A DNA stretch of 64,000 bases, taken from contig CP086569.2 of assembly GCA_009914755.4 (NCBI GenBank), positions 10,048,001-10,112,000 on the forward strand, written 5' to 3'. The DNA comes from the human T2T-CHM13v2.0 reference genome, Homo sapiens. Of this stretch, positions 57,051-64,000 are shown piece by piece. How positions within the stretch are numbered: the stretch's first letter is position 1; the number at the start of each line of letters is the position of its first letter. The notes under the pieces are model-generated. The model did no database searches and was not told the DNA's origin. It saw only the letters and a program-made list of their open reading frames with translations. Position numbers and translations under genes: made by a program.

Positions 57051-59553
57051 GCTTGTGTAGGCATTGTAGAAGTGAGTCTTTTTGAAACTTGCCCAACTGT
57101 GATTTTCAATTACTCCTGCCTCTGTTCCCTGGGGTTGCAATCTCCAAAGTGGGGCTTTCTGCACAACCACACAGCCTCAGGAGCAGCTGGGGTGTGTGTT
57201 TCTGTGGGAGTGTTGTGAGTATTGAATGTCTGCATGTGTGTGGCATTGTGTGTTTGTGTGTGTATGCATATGAACCTGTAAGTGAAGTCTGCTTAAAGGG
57301 ATTTGGCTAACGCATTTTAGCCCTTCTTTTTTTTTGGAGTCAGCCAACTTTTGGTGGTTTCTCTGTGTGGTTCTGCTTGGGCTGCAGGGCTCAGTGTTTT
57401 TTATTCTTATGTGGATTATCAATCTGCAGTGAATTGGGAGCCAGGCTGAGACCCAACAATGTCCAAATCAACTCCCCCAGCAAATAAATAAATAAATAAA
57501 TAAATAAGCCACTCTTCGAGAAAGAAAAGGAGTATACCACATGAAAAAACAGATATCTCCCAGTGTTTCATTGTCCAGTTGCCAGCCCAGGAAGAGACAC
57601 TAACAGTCCTGTCCACATCGCCCCTTGAATTTACCACGAATTCAGCTCCCAGCCTAGCAGGTGCTTCATGTCACGATAAGGTGCTCCTTCATAGTCTTGG
57701 GATTTCATCCTCGTACATAAGAGTGTGAGCAGCAATAAGTTATATAAGGGTGAGGCTACAATTTGGTGAGGAGTGGTTGGAGACCCACAACTTCACCTGC
57801 AAAAAAATAAAGGCAGATGACACATAAGGTGCTTTCCACTCCATCCCCACATTCCCTTAATTACACAAGCAGTCCACACTGTGGCCTGGTGTACAGGTTG
57901 GGAGACTGCAATGTGCAAGGATCATTTGGTGTGTAAATTGGTGTTATTCTGGCAAAATCCTGATTTGGGGGCTTTCATACCCAAAGCCAAATGGGAGCAA
58001 AATGGATTGATGCTGTGGGGATGTTGCCTCCACACTTGCCTCTTCTTTTCTGGACTTCCATTTTTCTCCTTGGCCTAGGTTTTAATGGGTCTGGTTCAAC
58101 AGTTTTCACACGAAACGTTTCACATTTCACAAAGAATAACCCTCATCAGAATCCGTTGCATGGATATTTACTTCTAAACACTGTCACGTTTTAATGACTA
58201 GGCAGCTTTGATAGTTTTAAAGCCATAAATTCCCATTAGAGCCTCCAACAAGGAAACTCTTGTTATCCCATGTCTATCAGATAGACGTGGATCCTCCTCC
58301 TGTAGGATGAGAAGCAGACAGCCATGTCTGGCTTTTCCTGGTAATCTAGCCTCAGTTTTATTTCATCTACATGGTTTTCTCATTTTGGAAGGGCTCTTTC
58401 ATTGGGCTGCTGCTAGATGGGACTGCCTCTCACCACAGATTATGTAGCTGACAGGATTTCAGAGAGCCCAGAGAGCCAAGGGACCTCAGGAAAGCTGGCT
58501 GAGCTCCAGGTGGTGGGTCATTGTCTCGTTTTGGGGCCTGAGGTTGTTTGCACTTTGCAGAAGGGATTTGGGTCCTCTGACAGGAATCACTGAACATTGT
58601 TTGGACCCCAGGACAAAGCAGCTCATTCTCTCAGTGAGCCTTGATTTATCTTTGCTTTCATGAGGAATCTACAGTGGCTCTTGATGGTACTGCTGGACAC
58701 CCTTTTCAGGATTGCTATCACCACAGACGGCCTTTGAGACACTGACTCAACATCATCTGCAACTGTGAGAAGCCAATCAGAGGTGTGAGAACACAGCTCC
58801 ACCTTGGTCTTGCCGTTGTCATGGTTACTGCCTTTCCCTGAGAGCCTCTGTGAGGCCCAGGATGAAGAGAGACAGTGTGGTAAAGAGAACAACCATCTTT
58901 CACTGACGCCAGCCTCTGGGGTCTCAGGTATGATCCTATCACCCAAAGAACCCTAAAAAACACACCAGGCTATATTCCAAATCCCATGGGACTTGATTCT
59001 TGCACACAGCCTCTTTTGGGAATATAATTAGAGTAGAAGTTTCCAGCAACAAACTCACAGTCTTAAAATGCCTCCTTCTCCAGCAGGAAGCAATCACAGA
59101 TGGCACAAAAGGGGTCCTGGGAAGTTGAGACTTTTAAGGTCCCACAGTAGGTTTCACAGGTAGCCTTTTTTTTCTGGTACTGGGCTTGCTCTGCCTATAC
59201 CATTTTCCTCTGCCTAGGCAGGCTGACAGCTCTGACAGCTGGACACTTTAGTCTTCCTCACAAATGAGTACGCCCTAGTCCTAGGGCATGAGGCCTGATT
59301 GTGAGCTCTGGCTAGTATCACAATGAATGCACTACTGCCTAGAGACAAGCCTCCAAGGCTTGGCTGAGAAGGAGAACTCCTTGGAGGTTGTGTCAGCAGT
59401 GGACTCTTGCCTGTCTTCTCTGTGGGGTCCATAGTATGATCCCATGATCCTAGGAGAGGGCAGACGTGTGCCTACCTTAAGAAACCTCAAGCAGAGCCCA
59501 AGGAATAAACCGCGAAATACCTAAAAATCCAAAGGACCTGCAGGATTTTTCAT
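57051..59553. repeat. Array unit 23 (2503 bp). It contains (AAAT)6 at 57483-57508.
   Basis: The start motif 'gcttgtgtaggcattgtagaagtgagtc' is at 57051. Confidence 0.55.
57483..57508. repeat. (AAAT)6 microsatellite, expanded at the unit's A-rich site
   Basis: The sequence 'caaataaataaataaataaataaataagccactcttc' occupies the place of the usual 'ctgcaaaaaaagccactcttc'. Confidence 0.85.
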
Positions 59554-62002
59554 GCTTGCCTAGATGTTGTAGGGTTGAGTCTGGAACGCAACCCAACTGT
59601 GCTCTCCAGGGTTGCTCTCTCACAGATGGTGCTTCCTACAGAACCTCAGAGCCTCAGAAGCTGCCGGGCTGTGTGTTTCTTTGGGAGTGTTGTGAGTGTT
59701 GTATGTCTGTGTGTGTGTTTGGCATTGTGTGTGTGTGTGTGTGTGTGTGTGAGTGCACTTGTAAATGGAGGTTGCTTAAAGGAATGTGGCTAATGCACAT
59801 AAGTGCTTCTTTTTGTTTGTTTGTTTTTGCTCTCTTAACCTTTTGATAGCCTGTCCGTGCATCTGCTTGGGCTGTGGGGCTCTGTGTTCTTTATTTTTTT
59901 GTGGATTATGAATACATAGTAAATTGAGAGGCTGGCTAAGACCTGCCAGAAACCAAATCAACTTCCCTCTATAAAAACAGCCACTCTTCTCGAAAGAAGA
60001 GGAGCACATCACACCTAAAAGCAGACATCTCCCAGTGTTTCATTGTAATGAGGCCAATCCGGGGATAGACACTAGCAGTCCTATCTGCAGTGCCAATTGA
60101 ATTTACCTTGAATTCCATTCCCAGCTGAGCAGGTGCTACAGGTCTTGAGCGGGTATTCCTCCATCATCTTGGGATTTCATTCTCAGACAGAGTGTGAGCA
60201 GAAATAAGATCAGATTGGGATGAGGATGCAATCTTCTGAGGGGTGAATGAGGACCCACACCTTCATCTGCAAAACACATGAAGACAGTTGACAGAGAATT
60301 TGCTTCCAACAGCATACCCACATTCCTTTAACTGTACAACTAGTCCACAACATGGCCCAGTATTCAGGTGGGAGTATTCAAATGCAAAGGGAACATTTGG
60401 AATGCAAACTGGGGCCATGCTGGCAAACCCCTGATTTTATGGCTTTCATACCCAGAGCCAAATAGGAGTGGGATGGGTTGATGCTTGGTGGCAGGTGGAC
60501 TCCATACTTCCCTTTTCTTTTTCTGACTTCCATGTTTCTCATCATCCTAGGGTATCCTGGGTCTGCCTCAACGTCTTCCATACTTAAAATTTTTCAGTTA
60601 ATTGCAAACAACCCTCATGGGAATCCATTGCAAGAGTGATTCCTTCTAAACACTGTCATGTTTTAATGACTGGGCAGCTGTGATACTTTTAAAACCATAA
60701 ATTCCCATTACTTCAGTCAACAAGGAAACTTGTTCACCCAGTTACATTGGAGGGCTGCATAATTCCTATAGGATGAGAAACAGGCAGCCCCACTGGCTTT
60801 TGAGTGGGAGTCTAGAATATATTTTATTGCATCTGCACATCCTTTCTCACTGTGTGTGACATTCATTGGGTTGTTGCTGGATGAGACTGCCTCTCACCGC
60901 AGATCTTTTCACTGCCAAAGATTTCAAGGAGCAAAAGGGATTTTGAGTAGGCTGGCAGCACTCCAGGTTGTGGGTCAGGTCTGTTTTTGGAGGCTGGGTT
61001 TTTTGCAAATTGGAGAAGGCTTTTTGTGTGCTGACAGGAATCTTTGAATGTTGCTTTGACTCCAACACAAGGCAGCTCATTCTAGCAGTTGAGCCTTGAT
61101 TTATCTTTATTCTCATGGAGAATCCACAGTGCCTCTCAATAGCACTACTGGACAGCCTTTTCAGGCTTGTAATCACCACAGTTGGCCTTGAAGACACTGT
61201 CTGAACCTCTTCTGCACCTGTGAGAAGAGAGTCCGAGGTGTAAGAACACTGCTTCATCTTGGACTTGCTGTGTTGTGGTTCCTACCTTTCTGAGACAGGA
61301 CTGCAAGGGCCAAAATGAAGGGAAGCATCAAGGTCGAAGGCATGACCATCTTTTCCTAACACCCACCTCTGGAATCTCAGGTATGATTCCATCATCCAAA
61401 GACCCCTCAACCTCTGATCAGACTATATTCCAATCCCCATGGGCAAAGATTCTTTGACACAGCCTCTTTCAGGAATGGAGTCTGAATATCGTTTCCATGG
61501 ACCACCTCACAGTCTCAAAACACTGCCTTGTTCAGTGGGACCTGACCACAAAGACTGCCTGAAGGTGCGGTAATGCTGAGACTTTTAGAGTTTTGCAGAG
61601 TTTATCAGAGGCATCATTTTTTTTGACATCAGGCCACTACTGCCTATAATATTTTCCTCTGTTTAGGAAGGCTGACAGCTCTGACAACAGGACACCAGAG
61701 CCTGCCTCACCAATGCAATGCACTAGTCTCAGGGCACCAGGCCTGAGCTGTGAGCTCTGGCTAGCATCACAATGAATGCCACCATTGCCTAGCGACAAGT
61801 CCCTGCCATAAGGTAGAGAAGTAGCCCTTCGTGGAGGTGCACAGACCATGGATTCTTGCCTTCTTCTGTGTGGGGTCCACAGGATATTCCCATAGTTCTA
61901 GGAGAGGACAGACATTAGCCTGCCTAAAGAAACATCAAGCAGAGCCCCAGGAATAAACTGTGGAATTCCTAACGATTCAAAAAGATTTGCAGGATGCATC
62001 AG
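59554..62002. repeat. Array unit 24 (2449 bp). There is a deletion of about 45 bp just after the start motif. (GT)12 is at 59727-59750.
   Basis: The start motif is at 59554. Confidence 0.6.
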
Positions 62003-62199
62003 ACCTGCCTAGACATTGTAAGGGTGAGTCTTTTTGAAATTTGCCCCACTGTGATTTCTAGGTACAGCCCATTTGTGTTGCCCGGAGTTGCTATCTCCCA
62101 GATGGGGCTTCGTGCAGAGCCACGCAGCCTCAGAAGCTGCCAGGATGTGTGTTTCTATGAAAGTAATGTGAATGTTGAATGTCTGTGTATGTGTGTGGC

Positions 62200-62238
<39 letters not shown>

Positions 62239-63387
62239 ACCTATAAGTAGAATCTGCTTAAAGCAATGTGGCTAATGCACTGCAGCACTTTTTTTTTTTT
62301 CAGTCTTCCAACATTTTGTTGGCCTGTCTGTGGCTCTGCTTGGGCTGCTGTCCATCCTTTTCTTTATCATTTTGTGGAGTTTGAATCTGCAGTGAATTGG
62401 GATGCTGGCTCAGACCTGCCGGAATCCAAATTACTCTCATCTGTAAAACAGCCACTCTTCTAGAAAGAAGAGAAGCACACCACAAACACAAAGAGACATC
62501 TTCCAGTGTTTCATTGTCCTGGGGCCAACCCATAGAGAGACACTAATAGTCATGTCCACCTTCAATTTACTTCGAATTCATTTCCCAGCCTAGCAGGTGC
62601 TTCAGGTCATGAGGGGTTACTCTTTCATCATCTTGTGGTTTCATTTTGGGATAGAGAATGTGAACAACAACAAGGTTAAATAGGGGTTGGGATACAATCT
62701 GATGAGGGGTGGAAAGAGACCCACACATTCACCTGCAAAAAATGTGAAGATAGTTGACACAAAAGTTGCTTCCAACAGCACCACAGCATTTCTTTCATTT
62801 CTCAAGCAGTTTACAACATGGCACAGTGTTCATGTGGGAGTTCTCCAATATGTAGGGAACATTTCAGATGCAAAATTGGGCCATCCTGGCAAACTCCCAA
62901 GTTGAGGGATTTCATACCCATAGTCAAATGGGAGTTGGATGGACTGATGCTGGGTGGGATGTGGCCTCCACACTTCCCTCTTCTTTTCATGATTTTGGTG
63001 TTCCTTGTCAGCCTAGGGTTTTCTGGGTGTGGCTCACCATTTTCCATACTAAACGTTTTCTGCTCCATGAAGAACGACCTACGTGGGAATCCATTGTGTG
63101 ATTGTTTCCTTCAAAATACTGTCAAGTTTTAAAGACTGGGCAGCTTTGATAGTTTTAAAACTATAAATTCCAGCTATAGCTGCTAACAAGGAAACTCTTG
63201 TTCTCCCACTTTTATTGGATGGCTGCATGATTCCTGTGGGATGAGAAAGAGGCAACCATGTCTGGCTTTTGCCTGGTAATCCAGCCTCTGTTTCATTTCA
63301 TCTGCACAACCTTCTCATTGTGGAAGGGTTCTTTCATCGGGCTGTTGGTGGATGGGACTGCCTCTCATCACAATTATTTAGCTGCCC
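62003..63387. repeat. Array unit 25. This is the terminal partial unit (1385 bp), ending at the array boundary. (GT)17 is at 62203-62237.
   Basis: The start motif is at 62003. Unit homology ends within 'gggactgcctctcatcacaattatttagctgcc' at about 63387, and non-repeat sequence follows. Confidence 0.65.
62203..62237. repeat. (GT)n microsatellite. This is the longest uninterrupted example, about (GT)17. An equivalent interrupted (GT/TG)n block sits at the same relative position in every unit.
   Basis: A direct dinucleotide run is visible. Other examples are at 19599-19622, 30817-30838 and 59727-59750. Confidence 0.9.
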
Positions 63388-64000
63388 TGAAATACATACT
63401 TTAGTAAACAATTTAGCACTTGTAATTTTTCAACTTTGTTTTCAGCGGAAGTTAATGATGTATGGCATTTCTAGTAGGTAAATGAATGTCTGAATTGTTG
63501 TGAGTTACTTTAGTCACTTCTCAGCTAACAATTTAAGTTATCAAAGGTCTTTACTTGTGCAATATCATAAATGATGGATATTAAAAATTAATAGAATGGA
63601 TCTAACTAAAAGCTGCCATCTAACGTGATATTTTTCAGGAAGATGACAGCAGTAATTATGCCAAAAAATAGTCATTCTCTTAGTTTGACCCATAATAGCA
63701 ATTTCCAACCAAAGATTCCACAGGCAGGGTCCAGATCTGGGCAACAGTTATTAACATAATGGTTATTGTTGAGAATAAATTTTGATACGTCTAGCTGTGC
63801 TTGAATGTCAGTGCTTTGAAGGGACAGGTTTGGCGTATTAATAAGAAAGGGTGCATTGGACTGAATACTAATAAATGAATTGTTTTTCTTATCTTCTATA
63901 ACATGAAAGTTCAATTTGAGATATAGAAACACTGGAACATTTCACAGCATGGCCTGACATTTCACTGCGTTTTTATTTTTTAACGATGTACAAAGTTCAT
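63388..64000. other. AT-rich non-satellite flank: single-copy sequence or an unrecognised ancient repeat, beyond the array edge
   Basis: None of the array landmarks recur here. Composition shifts to AT-rich sequence, and there is no long ORF. Confidence 0.6.

Overview
This window is not prokaryotic. It is primate, most likely human, heterochromatin-like genomic DNA. Almost all of it (1 to about 63387) is a single large tandem repeat array, a macrosatellite with a unit of about 2.45 kb. I count 25 unit starts plus a truncated unit at the window start, all in one orientation. Each unit carries an internal interrupted (GT)n microsatellite and two A-rich tracts. I estimate by eye that units differ by roughly 15-20%, and CpG is strongly depleted. 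The array runs off the left edge of the window and ends inside the window at about 63387; AT-rich unique flank follows (63388-64000). The unit length matches the human SST1 macrosatellites (2.4-2.5 kb units), but I cannot verify the family without a Dfam or RepeatMasker search. Three retroelement insertions interrupt the array. The first is an antisense Alu at 17811-18108. The second is a truncated gammaretrovirus-like (class I) ERV on the minus strand at about 35441-39924, whose reverse transcriptase, RNase H and integrase remnants are still recognisable; it replaced about 1.9 kb of a unit. The third is a 5'-inverted (twin-priming-type) L1PA-like 3' fragment at 45723-46763 with an Alu nested inside it. 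Several units carry large internal deletions, one carries a 748-bp internal tandem duplication, and two adjacent units (25485-30586) share a derived rearrangement that points to a local unit duplication. I find no credible protein-coding gene, rRNA, tRNA, CRISPR array or operon-like system. The short ORFs in the supplied track are chance ORFs in repeat DNA and in ERV pol remnants.
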